Source: Paraspadella gotoi
Taxonomy: Eukaryota > Animalia > Chaetognatha
Assembly (NCBI GenBank): GCA_051294375.1
Contig: CM119269.1
Location: forward strand, 5,223,946 to 5,280,547
Direction of reading: 5' to 3'
DNA: 56,602 nt
The translations under genes and the position numbers were made by a program. The notes beneath the pieces are model-generated. The model saw only the letters and a program-made list of their open reading frames with translations, was not told the DNA's origin and did no database searches. Of this stretch, positions 23,216 to 35,630 are shown in pieces; position 1 is the first letter of the stretch, and every line of letters starts with the position of its first letter.

Positions 23216-24344
23216 GTGACAAACATAGAAGAGAGATATTGGGTGGCGAGAGAGGAAAAAGAAAGAAAAAGGAAAAGCGCAGGACGGGCCACGAGCCCCA
23301 TGGCTCCGTCACACCCCACCCGACGACCGAGCCAAGAAATTGGAAGAGGAGAGCGAGGGGAATAAAAGAGAGATATGACACAATGAAAAATGGGAAAACC
23401 AAAATAAAATACACACCAACAACACCCTTATTTTTTTTCCCCCCCTTCTTTTCTTTCGTTTAACTCTCTTTACTTTTTCCTTTTCCTTTTTCCCCTCGTG
23501 TCTCTCATTAACAAAATTCTACTGTTTCCAATTTATTATACTTCTCTCTCTTTNNNNNNNNNNNNNNNNNNNNNNNNNTCCTTTCCCGCCCTTTCGTTCC
23601 ATTCTCTGTCTTCGCCCATTGCTTCCCGTCAATCTTCGCTGTCCTTCTTCATTTCCTAATTCTCGCTCTTTATTACTTGCATCCTCTCTCTCTCTCTCTC
23701 TCTNNNNNNNNNNCTCTCTGTCAATTTAGTCTCATCCCAGACACCCACGCGAATTTCTTAAAGCGACTTGATATTTCGTTTGCGAAATTCGTCTCTGCCT
23801 CACCCAACCTCGACTCTTCTCCTTCCTCCTCCTCCTCATCTTCTTCCTCCTCTTCCTCCTCTTCCTCCTCCCTCAAAGCCAATATCACTCACTATCCGGC
23901 ACCACTTGTCTTTGCCGATAAAACGCCGCCGAATCTTCCGCCAGCGGAACAATGAAAAAAAATCACTCACTTCATTTCCTCACTCAAAAATGGACAAACT
24001 TACCCACTCATCCACTGAATCTCACAGCGTTCCAAAACTTACTCACTTGTGAACTTAATCTCCCAGCCCATCTTCCTCGTCTTTCGGACTATAATATAAA
24101 GTCTATATATAGTTTATATTTCTGTAATCTGCTCTCCACACGGTTTTGTTAGTCAATCAAATTTCCAAGCTTTGTTCAGACTACAAGCAATCCACAATCA
24201 ATGTGCCTTCAAGTTTTAACCACAAGAGCTAGATTGGATGAATGATGAAAATTATTTTTAATTCACAAAACGTAACATAATAAATGAAATGTTTATTTAG
24301 CAAGCAATCGGAATATTTTTCATTGTTCTCCATCAACCAATAAG

Positions 24345-25846
24345 AGAGAGATGGGTGGACGGTGGCGGTGGATGGTGAAATCGGGTGGAGGGAATTGGGG
24401 TTGGGTGGTGGAAATCGGGTGTTGATGTGATGGGTGGGAATGGTGGGAAATGGGGTGGAGGAAAATGGGTTGGATGGTGTAAAATCGGGTGGATGAAAAT
24501 GGTTGGAGGTGGAAGGTAAACGCGAGGACGGAGATGATGGGACGTTGGAGATGCTGAGATGAAAGGTAAGTAAGTCGATAAAAAGGGAAATTAAATATAA
24601 GTTATAGTTACTATGGGTTTTAAAAAATAAAAAGGGACCCAATAATAAAAAAAAGATTATAGTGAAAAGATAGTGCAGAGACATCGAGGTGACATTTGTG
24701 CGAGTACGCAAACGATGCACATGAAGGAGAATTAAATCGAAGCGAGACTGGTATATAGGTGGAATAGGAAAAGGCGAGGGGGTGATAAACGACGCAGGGG
24801 CGGCGGCGTGGCGTTATATTGGGAAGGCGAGGTCCGGGTAAGATGAGGAAGGGCGTGAGTGAGGGAGCCAAGTGGAAAAAGCGATCGCTTTGGGGAAAGG
24901 TGTTATATACAAAGGAAAAATAGAGAATAGTCTGCTTTCAAGTCAAGGTGTTAGGGAAGGGGGTAGGAATTGGCGCGGAGCGGTTGGCGGTGGCGGGGAG
25001 CGGCGGCGGCTGGAGGTAAAGACTGTAGTCGATTAGAGGAGAGGATCGTTGTGGGGGAATAAGTTGTGTTTCTTCGTGCCTGCTTGGCATGGGCGAAAAT
25101 AGGAGAAAGAGAGTGAAGAGGCAGTGAGCGTGGAGTGGCGCAGTCGAAAGTGGCCAAAAAACAAGCGAGTTTTGGTACAAAAGCTAAACACAGCATTGGA
25201 GGAGTTGCTAAATATGTTGTGAATTTAACAAAATATCGGAAAAAGTATTCGATATTCAAACTATTGTTCACATAGAATCCCAGAAACAGATCACAACATT
25301 TGTAGGGTGAGAGAAAATTAAAAACTAAAGTGTTATTCCTATTTATAACTATTCTCTCTCCTCTCTTCTCTCTCTCTCTGCTCTCCTCTCCTCCCTCCCC
25401 TCTCTCTCTCTCCAAATTGTTCACAAATGCGGACAGTTCGATTGCCCGAACAATTTTGTAAAGTCTGACTATTGCCAAGAAATTGAAAGAGTAAAACATA
25501 AGTTGAGTATCGTTACAAAGAGTAAGCTGAACAAATTAGCAAAACCAATGACCTAAAGACAAACTTTAATGAGACAGTTTTCAAGATTTAAATAGACTTA
25601 AGGCGGCAAATAATAAGCAAGGTTAGAATATCCTCTACTTTCCTCGCTCAAAACCCCGTTAGTATTTAAATAAAAGCATAAAAAACTGATAGCGAAAAAA
25701 AGTAATGGGAAAATTAATTCTTGATTAATGTGCAAGCAGGAAATTTCTAAAAAAAGGATGTTCGGCTCGGCACTGTTTCTCGGAGTTTCTAGTGTTCGAA
25801 AATGAAGCGAGAAGAGAGTAAGAAGAGAGAGAGAGAAGAGAGGATG

Positions 25847-25895
<49 letters not shown>

Positions 25896-28272
25896 AAAGA
25901 GAGAAAGAGAGTACCAACTATTCAAGGAACATCTACGTTTTTCGATCGACGCGAAAGAACGGACGAGTCTCCTGTTAGCAGGAAGACGTCATTCTCCTGA
26001 CAAAGAGGATTGTACATCTGTGTGATTGAAACCATACTATGATTTATCAATTTACGACCCATCAATGATCGATATAACGTATTTATCGTTCTGAAAATCG
26101 AAAGTGTTGTTACTTTAAAAATTACTTAATTATTCTATATATCAATACACATACAGATAGTTCCTAAATAGCAAATCCAAACGCCAATAATAATATATTG
26201 GCGGCACTTTCCTGAAGACGCCATTCAACGCCATTTTTTTTGGTTACTCCGCTACAGCGGTTCCTTTCGAAAGACCTTCATCCTTCCAAATAAAGAACTG
26301 CGGTGAAAAAAAAAAGAAAGATCGTACAAAATAATAATCTTAAACTCTCTAAACATCTCAGAAGGCTTTTAAGAAAAGACTTTAAACCTGGCTCCACATA
26401 GAAAGATGCTACACAATACGACGTTTAGAAATATATCGAAAACAAAACGAAAAAACAAAAACAAATAATAAAAAATAACGTCAGAGAATACGTTTATTTG
26501 TTTGTTCTATGTTGAAAAAAATAACCGAATAGAAAATATCGAAATATTATGATTTCTCGAACAATTGGAATACAGAAAAACGTAAAGTCTGTAAGCCATC
26601 ATTTTTCAGGGAAGCGAAAATATTTGAAGAAGCGATGATTGGTAGATGAGAAAATANNNNNNNNNNNNNNNNNNNNNNNNNAATTGCATTTGTATTTATA
26701 CTACTAACGAGGGTTTTGAGTAAGAGTGAAAGTGAGACAGATATTCGACACCTTACGCTGTATTATTTTGACCGGCCTTTCAGTCGTATTTGAAACTTCT
26801 TGGAAGAAACCATGCTCGTCATTAAACGTTGTTTTTACGAGTCATTGAGTTTTGCCACTATTTTTGTTAAGTCTGCTACGTCTTGTGTAACGAAGAACAT
26901 ACANNNNNNNNNNNNNNNNNNNNNNNNNNNNNNNNNNNNNNNNNNNNNNNNNNNNNNNNNNNNNNNNNNNNNNNNNNNNNNNNNNNNNNNNNNNNNNNNN
27001 NNNNNNNNNNNNNNNGAGAGAGAGAGAGAGAGAGAGAGATAGTTAATAAAACATAAGAGAATAAAAACACTTTAGTTTTTAATTTTCTATCACCCAATCA
27101 CATTTACGTAAAAAGCTATCTCCTAAAAATCTCAAATGGTTGAGCTGATCTGTTTGCCTTGGGATTTCGTAATGTGAGACAATTAAGTTCATGAATAATT
27201 CCGGAAGTAAACTGTATCCCGATAAATAGTTTGTAAACTTCGAAACATNNNNNNNNNNTAGACAACTCCACTCCAAACTGCATGGGTTTCAAGGCTTTGT
27301 GGTTACCAAAACGTCGCTTGTTTTTTGCGCACGACTTTCGCACTGCGCCACTCCACGCCTCACTGCACTCTGTCCACTCCATCTTTCTCTACTTTTCGCC
27401 CACACTGCTTTATTCCCCACCCACAACGACTCCTTCTCCACTCTAAATCGCCTACACGTCTTTCCTACGCACAGCCGCCGCCGCTGCCGCCGCCACCGCC
27501 ACCGCTGCCGCCGCCATATATTCTCCCCTTTCCCCTAACACCTTGACCTTGAAGGCAGGAGTCTATTCTCGATTTTTTTCCTTCTGATAAAATATGACAC
27601 CTTTTCACCCAAAGCGACGCTTTTCCATCTTGGGCTCCCCTTTCCTTACTCACGCCCTTCCCTCACTCTTACCCGGACCTCGCCTTCCCCTTACCCGTCA
27701 CTTTCCCTTCACGCCGCCGCCGCCCCTGCGTCGTTTTTATCACCGCCCTCGCCTTTTCCGTATTCCACCTTTCACTTACCATCGCTTCGGATTTGAATTC
27801 TTCCTTCATCCGGGTCGCATCGTTTGCGTACCTCGCCCAAATTGTCGACCGTCGGACTTGTCTCTTGCACTGATGCTTTTCAGCCTAATATCATTTTTTT
27901 TATAGTTGGAGGTCCTTACTCTTTTAAAACCATTAAGTAATTATACTCATTATTTTAAAATTTCCTTCTCCCTCGACTCTACTTACCTTTCAAATCTCAG
28001 CATCGCCAACGTCGCCATCATCTCCGTCTTTCTCNNNNNNNNNNNNNNNNNNNNNNNNNNNNNNNNNNNNNNNNNNNNNNNNNNNNNNNNNNNNNNNNNN
28101 NNNNNNNNNNNNNNNNNNNNNNNNNNNNNNNNNNNNNNNNNNNNNNNNNNNNNNNNNNNNNNNNNNNNNNNNNNNNNNNNNNNNNNNNNNNNNNNNNNNN
28201 NNNNNNNNNNNNNNNNNNNNNNNNNNNNNNNNNNNNNNNNNNNNNNNNCCACCGTCCCACCCCTTAACCTCT
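24345..28272. repeat. Fold-back inverted duplication (24345-25680 vs 26682-28272), highly indel-divergent
   Basis: gtacgcaaacgatgc (24704) vs gcatcgtttgcgtac (27817); ctcaaaaccccgttagta (25647) vs tactaacgagggttttgag (26702). Confidence 0.75.
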
Positions 28273-29554
28273 CGACGCTCCGAAATGCCGCTTTAAATCC
28301 ATTCGGAGTAAAAGCGATAAAACTCAATCGCGTTAACCTCATTTTGCCCTTTTTGGGGGGGAATTTTTTTGTGGGGGGGGAGTGGTGAAATTTGGGGGTT
28401 GAATATGGAAGGGTAAAGAATTTGCTGGGTGAAAGCCGGTGATGAATTTTTGTTGGGTGAGTGAATTGCTGGTGAAAAGTGAAAGTAAAAATAGGTATGT
28501 GAGAAGTTTTAAACTTGAAATTAAATCGGTGAGGTGACTAACTGTTGTCGGTTGTCAAATTTGTATTTTATTGAACTCTCTAACCAGAAAATTCGAAACG
28601 TTTATTCTCACGGAAATTCTAAAGAGCCCGCTCAAAATCGAGTCTGAAAGCATAGCTTCGTAATTTTTATCTCGCTTTAATNNNNNNNNNNNNNNNNNNN
28701 NNNNNNNNNNNNNNNNNNNNNNNNNNNNNNNNNNNNNNNNNNNNNNNNNNNNNNNNNNNNNNNNNNNNNNNNNNNNNNNNNNNNNNNNNNNNNNNNNNNN
28801 NNNNNNNNNNNNNNNNNNNNNNNNNNNNNNNNNNNNNNNNNNNNNNNNNNNNNNNNNNNNNNNNNNNNNNNNNNNNNNNNNNNNNNNNNNNNNNNNNNNN
28901 NNNNNNNNNNNNNNNNNNNNNNNNNNNGGACATGAGGCGATGTGAATATACCGCCACAACATTCTGTTTGAATAAAAACGAACAATCGTTGGGCCAAAAA
29001 TCTGGCAACAACAACAAAAAAAGGTCTACCAGAAATCGATTGGAAGAAAAAGTAGAACTCGAAGTNNNNNNNNNNNNNNNNNNNNNNNNNNNNNNNNNNN
29101 NNNNNNNNNNNNNNNNNNNNNNNNNNNNNNNNNNNNNNNNNNNNNNNNNNNNNNNNNNNNNNNNNNNNNNNNNNNNNNNNNNNNNNNNNNNNNNNNNNNN
29201 NNNNNNNNNNNNNNNNNNNNNNNNNNNNNNNNNNNNNNNNNNNNNNNNNNNNNNNNNNNNNNNNNNNNNNNNNNNAGTCGAAAATCGGTACAGAGAGGAG
29301 TTGTGTAGAAGAAGGCGGAAGAGGGTAGGGCGGGTAGGCGTGAAGATACCCCGGTGACCTTCACATACATAAAAATGGAGAGAAGTGATTTGCGAAAAAC
29401 GATTCGTCGTTATTATCGAGGGAAAGAGGAGGAACGTGAGGTCTTGCTGGGAGTCGGTGGGAGAGTGGGGCGCGGCGAGGTGGGTAATCGTTTGAAGCCA
29501 AGTTTCTTAGTTTTTCAGTATCTCTTAATTAACGGTTTATGGCAACAGGAGGAT

Positions 29555-29745
29555 AGCCTGTGATACCCGGGGCGCGGGGTATCTCACCAACTGGCGTAGG
29601 GGCTGCGGACCCTCAGTGACCGCCTCCTGTCACTGGCATGTTTATACCGGCACCGTCACATTTAAGCCAGAACCGGGATACCCAGGGATTGAACCCGGGA
29701 CGCACGGATGGAATGAGATGATTTAGCCTGCTCAGCCATTGAGAC
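29555..29745 (-). mobile_element. tRNA-derived SINE-like element
   Basis: Minus strand carries Pol III A box TGGCTGAGCAGG (29738-29727) and B box GGTTCAATCC (29695-29686); body recurs at 33866-33953, 49349-49465 and 19255-19325. Confidence 0.65.
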
Positions 29746-30409
29746 GAGGCTGAGGACGGACAGCAGTGAGGCAGCTTTAAGTCTTGCTGCCACAGGTTAT
29801 TATTTTAATTTGAGATACAAATGAGAGAGGACGTCATGAGAATTTGTAAACTTTCGGCTCAAACAAGTATGAATATAAAAAGTTATCGTTAAGAACTTTT
29901 TTTTTAAAAAATCCGCGCGGGATTTTGAGATTAGAGAAAAGAAAAAAAGTCCTAAACGTCAGACAGCAAAGTTGCAAACGGTTATGTTCGTAACCTTCGG
30001 TTATTTTTCTCGCTTCACAGGAAAAGGAAGAAGTTTATTTGCCTTTAAGTTCAAGAATGAAAGTTTGATTTCGAGCATTGGATAATTTTATGGCAACACA
30101 AGTAGTACAAGACAACAAGAACGATTCTTCCACGGCCAACGTGAAATTGTTACAACCAATATAAAATCATCAATATAATGAATAAACATTAAACAAGCCA
30201 TTCTGCCCCTGACTTTTGACAGGCTATGGTGGGTTAAAGACTTCGTCGCTCTTACAAGAAAACAAAATAGCTTTCAATCAAGATTCTCACAGTCTTGTGT
30301 CTGCATAGTTTATTTGCAGAGTGCCTGGCTTTCAAATCCTTATATTTTTTAAAATTAAAAAAAAAACGACTGGTAAATAGTGATATTTGATTAGTATTTA
30401 TCAGATTAC

Positions 30410-30537
30410 CATCTCGTGATCTTCAAGAAAATCCCATCTTGATAAAAAAATCCGACGTCTCAACTCTAATCTACCGACTTCGTCTTTGTATTCGACGCTC
30501 GTTTTGTTTACTTTTTCTTTCTGATGCAAATTTCCAT
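30410..30537 (-). CDS. Candidate coding exon of an unidentified gene (DGNLHQKEKVNKTSVEYKDEVGRLELRRRIFLSRWDFLEDHEM)
   Basis: Polypyrimidine tract plus ttag| acceptor, ATG|gtaatc donor, open frame; no family recognised. Confidence 0.35.
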
Positions 30538-30592
30538 CTAACGCGAATCGAATATCGTAAAAAAAAGGGAAATAAAAAAAAGCGACGCGCGT

Positions 30593-30699
<107 letters not shown>

Positions 30700-31409
30700 A
30701 TTGCACGGTCGTTTGGTCTCTGTTTTTTTTCATGGAAATTGTAAAAATTAAAAAGAAAAAAAAGAAAAAAACTGACGACGAAGATTCAATTATTTCTCAA
30801 TTAAAATTAAGGGATTTAACGGAAATCGGCTTAAATTTAGGGTTTTAAAAAGAAAAACCGATCGGCTGACAATCGTCGTTGTCGTCGTCGCCGTCCTTCA
30901 CGTACTGTATTCACTCTCGGGTATATAAAGATTAAAGAGGGTCGATGAAGAAGACCGACGACGACGACGNNNNNNNNNNCGACGACGAAGATGACAACGA
31001 CGACGGTTGCGTAGACTGCAAACGAAGTCGCAAAAATCCAACTTCATCTACAGTTCGAGCTTCTTTGACTTGCTCTCTCTCTCTCTCAGAGACGAGAGAC
31101 CTGAGACGATGAGCTTGAGAACCTAACGGTCCGAGAGTGAGAAGACGCGAACCGAGGACTGGAGATGACATTCTGACAGACTCTCCACTTGATCGAGCCG
31201 ACAGACAGACTGATTGAGCGAGACTAGGAGAGATTGAGAGAGAAGTGAAAACTGAGCCTCCACTTACCTCGAAGCGCTGTATATAACACTCGAAACTCCG
31301 GTTATATAAAGCTCTGGCTGGTGAGGAAGTGTGTGGTTACTTGAGAATCGTCTGAGAGTTCTCACCAGCCTGTCAATGACTGATAACTGGCTGTTTCATC
31401 TAGCGCCCG

Positions 31410-32920
31410 AAAAAATACTCTTCTTCACCGCCTCATCAAATGTTTTCACGAATTGTGGCAACAGTTAGACGAGTTGTTCCGTACTTCCGCCTGTCAAGGA
31501 AAATGGTAAGGCTGCTTAGCAAATGCGGGAACCAGCTCATTGTTATTCGCAAATACATTCGATGTTTTTGATATTAAATTTTATATGTTCGCTTAGATCT
31601 TTTATGCTCTGATCAACCCTGTGTTTTATATTAGCCAGATCCTGCTGTACTATCTAAAAACAAATCTCGACCCCAGGTTCTGACCTCCCTGCGCGTATCA
31701 CTTGTTTTCGTATGCTGTCTATTTCTCTATTTTTTATTGATTTTCTTACAATTACCTTCTTTGTCTGTCCTCCCATTAGTTTTATTCCGTCGTTTCTTGA
31801 TTCAGCCTCTCGTCTTTTTTTTTGTCGTCTTCCCATTGGTCGCCCTTCGTCTTTTTCATCTTTCTTCCTCGATATAAATGGGTCGCCTTTCTATGCTTCT
31901 CGTCGTTCGTTTCGTTTTGTTCGTAGCGATTCCGGGTTTGTAGTGCTCGCCGCTAATTCCATTCGTTCTTGTGATGGTCGTTGCGTAGTTCGTTCCTGTC
32001 ACGTCGCGATTAGTGAGCAGACGAGGCGATCACTTGCCTGCGCCATCGGTAACCCTTTCCGTCATTCTATCCGGTCCGTCGGATGTCCATCTTCATCAAT
32101 CGGTCTGTTGGTGTGTCGTTCGTTTCGGTTACACATACAACTACCTTCACGCTTGCTATCGAATCCTCTCAAACGTCTCATAGGAAATGCCAGCGAAGAA
32201 GAGAGTAAGAAGACAGAATATCATAAGAAGCGAGGATTGTAGAAGTCATAGAGGCCGTGAGGAAATTTTATCGTAGGTACAGAGACTCGAGAGAGAGGCG
32301 AGAGATCGGATTGTGAGGGAGAGTCAGAGAAGCGGGTATGAAAGAGAGAGAGGAGAGACCGGGAGAGCAGACGGAAGGCAGAGCAGAAGCGAGATGGAGA
32401 CGATGAGCAGAGGATTGAGAGGAAGAGAGAGAGGAGTAGGAGNNNNNNNNNNNNNNNNNNNNNNNNNCGACGATTGTGAAGATGACATCGACGACGATAG
32501 AGACGAAGGGATTACCGGAAGTCCCTCGCGCCACGACGACGACGACTACGACGACATCAACGACGATGAAAGCGGCGGACACAAAGCGACGACGACAACG
32601 ACGACGACGAGAGCATGAGCGACATTTATGAGGAAGAAGATGAAAAAGACGAAGGCGACAATGAAGACGACAAAGACGAAGGCGACAATGAAGACGACAA
32701 AGAATGTAATGTAAAGAAAAAATAAAAATAAAACAGATACCGTCGACGGGGAATTTTTAGATATAACGTCTTAATTAACAGGACAAAACTAGCTTAAAAT
32801 TATACAAAAACATCGATGTATTTGCGAACAAAGCTGGTCCCGTAACAGCCTTACCATTCCTGACGCACGAACAATCGTCACTTTGCCATCGTAAAATTGA
32901 TGAGGCGGTGAAAATATTTT
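31410..32920. repeat. Fold-back inverted duplication (31410-31900 vs 32640-32920)
   Basis: ttcaccgcctcatcaa (31423) vs ttgatgaggcggtgaa (32897); ttcgcaaatacattcgatgttttt vs aaaaacatcgatgtatttgcgaa. Confidence 0.7.
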
Positions 32921-33379
32921 NNNNNNNNNNNNNNNNNNNNNNNNNNNNNNNNNNNNNNNNNNNNNNNNNNNNNNNNNNNNNNNNNNNNNNNNNNNNNNNN
33001 NNNNNNNNNNNNNNNNNNNNNNNNNNNNNNNNNNNNNNNNNNNNNNNNNNNNNNNNNNNNNNNNNNNNNNNNNNNNNNNNNNNNNNNNNNNNNNNNNNNN
33101 NNNNNNNNNNNNNNNNNNNNNNNNNNNNNNNNNNNNNNNNNNNNNNNNNTCTTTTTTTTAAGTCGACAAAACGACCGCGAGAATAATGGTTAAAAAAAGA
33201 ACTCGGGATGGAATCAATTTAAAAATTTAAAAAAAAGAAAGAAAAAAAAATTTAAAAAAAGTTGAGATCCGTTGAAGCGAGAAAATGAACGAATTATTGC
33301 GATACGCGTCGAGGAGGAACGCTTGCCTCTAGCCTCGTTGGAGTACGAAGAGAGTACGTACGAAGGGATTGAGGGAAAG

Positions 33380-33447
33380 GTTAACGGACGGACAGTTAAC
33401 AGACGGGCGGACAGTTAACAGACGGGCGGACAGTTAACAGACGGACG
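33380..33447 (+). repeat. 19-bp tandem repeat (ggacagttaacagacgggc) x3
   Basis: Directly visible tandem copies. Confidence 0.8.
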
Positions 33448-33602
33448 AAGGCACCGGTTATGATTATTTCGTTTGTTGGATCCAATTTTTTTCCCCTTGG
33501 GATGAAGTTCTCCTCGTTGCTCGACCTTTTTCGAACCCCAAAATCGGATCCTCTGGGGAATGAAGAGGGAAAAAGGGTCATAGAGAGAAGGGAAGTCGGA
33601 TG

Positions 33603-33641
<39 letters not shown>

Positions 33642-33865
33642 AAGAGAGAGAGAGAGAAGAAGAGAGAGAGACGATTACGATTGGAAGAAGGAGCCGTCGA
33701 TGCCGCTAACACAGTCACCAGGCGGTTAACAGGCACGACGTAAGGAAACAGAAAAAGGGGAAAATATAAAAAAGAAAAAAGAAATTGAAGAATGAGATAA
33801 GAAAAAATGAGAAATCTAACTAAAAAGAAATTCATTTGATTTTAATATGGCCATGTCGCGGATCG

Positions 33866-33953
33866 CCAGTGATACTCGGGGCGAGGAGTAGCTCACCAAC
33901 TGGCGTAGGTGCTGCGGACTCTCAGTCACCGCCTCCTGTCATTGGCGTGTTTA
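33866..33953 (-). mobile_element. Truncated SINE body copy
   Basis: ctcaccaactggcgtagg..ctgcggac.ctcagt.accgcctcctgtca.tggc is nearly identical to 29583-29637. Confidence 0.65.
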
Positions 33954-34094
33954 AAATCTTTAAAGAGCAGATTATTTTATTTTTCGAATTTTTTTTTTTT
34001 TATTGAAATACAAATTATAATCTAAATGCGTCTACGATATACAAAGCAACCTATGAAAAGTAGAAAAATAGACGAGAGAGAGAGAGAGAGAAAG

Positions 34095-34134
<40 letters not shown>

Positions 34135-34157
34135 AGAGAGGAGAGAGAGAGAGAGAG

Positions 34158-34302
34158 AGGTTTTGGTCCCCAGCTGTGAACCGGTATAATAAAGTTAGAA
34201 ATAGAGGTATTTCTTATGTAAGAATTCTTAGTGACTTTTTACTGATGCGGCTCGAGAAAGAGAAAGAGAGAGAGCAGAGAAAAGAAAGAAGAGAGAACAG
34301 AA

Positions 34303-34381
<79 letters not shown>

Positions 34382-34495
34382 AGAGAGAGAGAGAGAGGTT
34401 TGGTCCCCAGCTGTAACCGGTAAGAAAGTTAGAAAATAGGGGTTATTTCTTATGTAAGAATTCTTAGTACTTTTTACTGATGCGCTCGAGAATAA
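34158..34495 (+). repeat. Tandem duplication of a ~100-bp unique segment between GA microsatellites
   Basis: tggtccccagctgt...atttcttatgtaagaattcttagt occurs twice here but once in the inverted copy (48460-48560). Confidence 0.7.
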
Positions 34496-34533
34496 GAGAA
34501 AAGAGAGAGAGCAAGAAAAAGAAGAGAGAAGAA

Positions 34534-34569
<36 letters not shown>

Positions 34570-35630
34570 AGAGAGGAGAGAGAGAGAGAGAGAGAAGAAG
34601 AAAAGAGAGAGTTCCAGTCTTTCACCTTTGAAACCAAATAGATTTGGGACATAAAACCCATTTTCTTCTGGTTTTTTTATGGGGGCGAAAACGGTTCAAT
34701 CGAAAATCTCGAGATATTACGACTTGAGAAAGAAAACCGTCTTTCCCCCCGATCGGCTTTCGGAGTTAAACAGCGTCGTTAAAAACTCGATCGGTCTTCA
34801 TTTGGCTCACATATTTAATTTATTAAAGATACGTTGCTAATATTTTTTTTTTTCGACGAGATTAGATTTTTCAAGGTCATAAAGAAATAAGAGTTGGACT
34901 TAAAATTGGGAGCAGACGGATTTGTTGTTCTGAGAAGATATAAGTGGATCCTCAGTCTGAGGCTCAGACGTCGCGAACCATGCCTTATTATTAACTGTGT
35001 ATTGTTGTGTATTAAATGTGTATTGTTAAGTCGAAATGAGACTTCTTATCAAAGTCTTGTCCTGAATTCCATTGATTAAAAAAAATTTAAAAATCAAGTT
35101 GGTGTGCGTTTAATTTAATATGACAATCACTTTGTTACAATATACTTAGTACTTAGTACAATATTTATTATATAATATTATGTCAAATTTAGGTTAGAAA
35201 AGTATAAAGTACAAAGTTAAAATCTCTCTATTATAAGCGTTGTATTGACATAAAAAAAATGTTTCTCATCACAAGAGACGGGGCATGTATACATGTATAA
35301 AATAGATAATTGTGCTCTAGGGTGTATTTATTCATTACATTAAATCGGAAAAAATAACTACCATAAAGTCTGAAAACCTATCCAGTATCCAGTGAGGTCC
35401 AGCTATTTTCGGAAAATATTAAAATATTCATTTGGATGGTTAAATATTATATTATTTAGTACAAATGTAGAAAATTCGAATTGACCTCAGTCAAGATGAC
35501 CTTATTCACAAAGATACCGTTCACTAAGTTTCAGTGAAGCCTCAGTCAAATTGAAAGAATTATCGTGATTTATCATCTGATTAGCTGATTATCGCTTAAT
35601 TATCGTCGGCAGATCCGACATTGTTTTAAA

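Noticed and set aside
29675-29745. Functional tRNA gene
   Set aside because: A and B boxes are present, but no convincing cloverleaf, and it is fused to a dispersed repeat body
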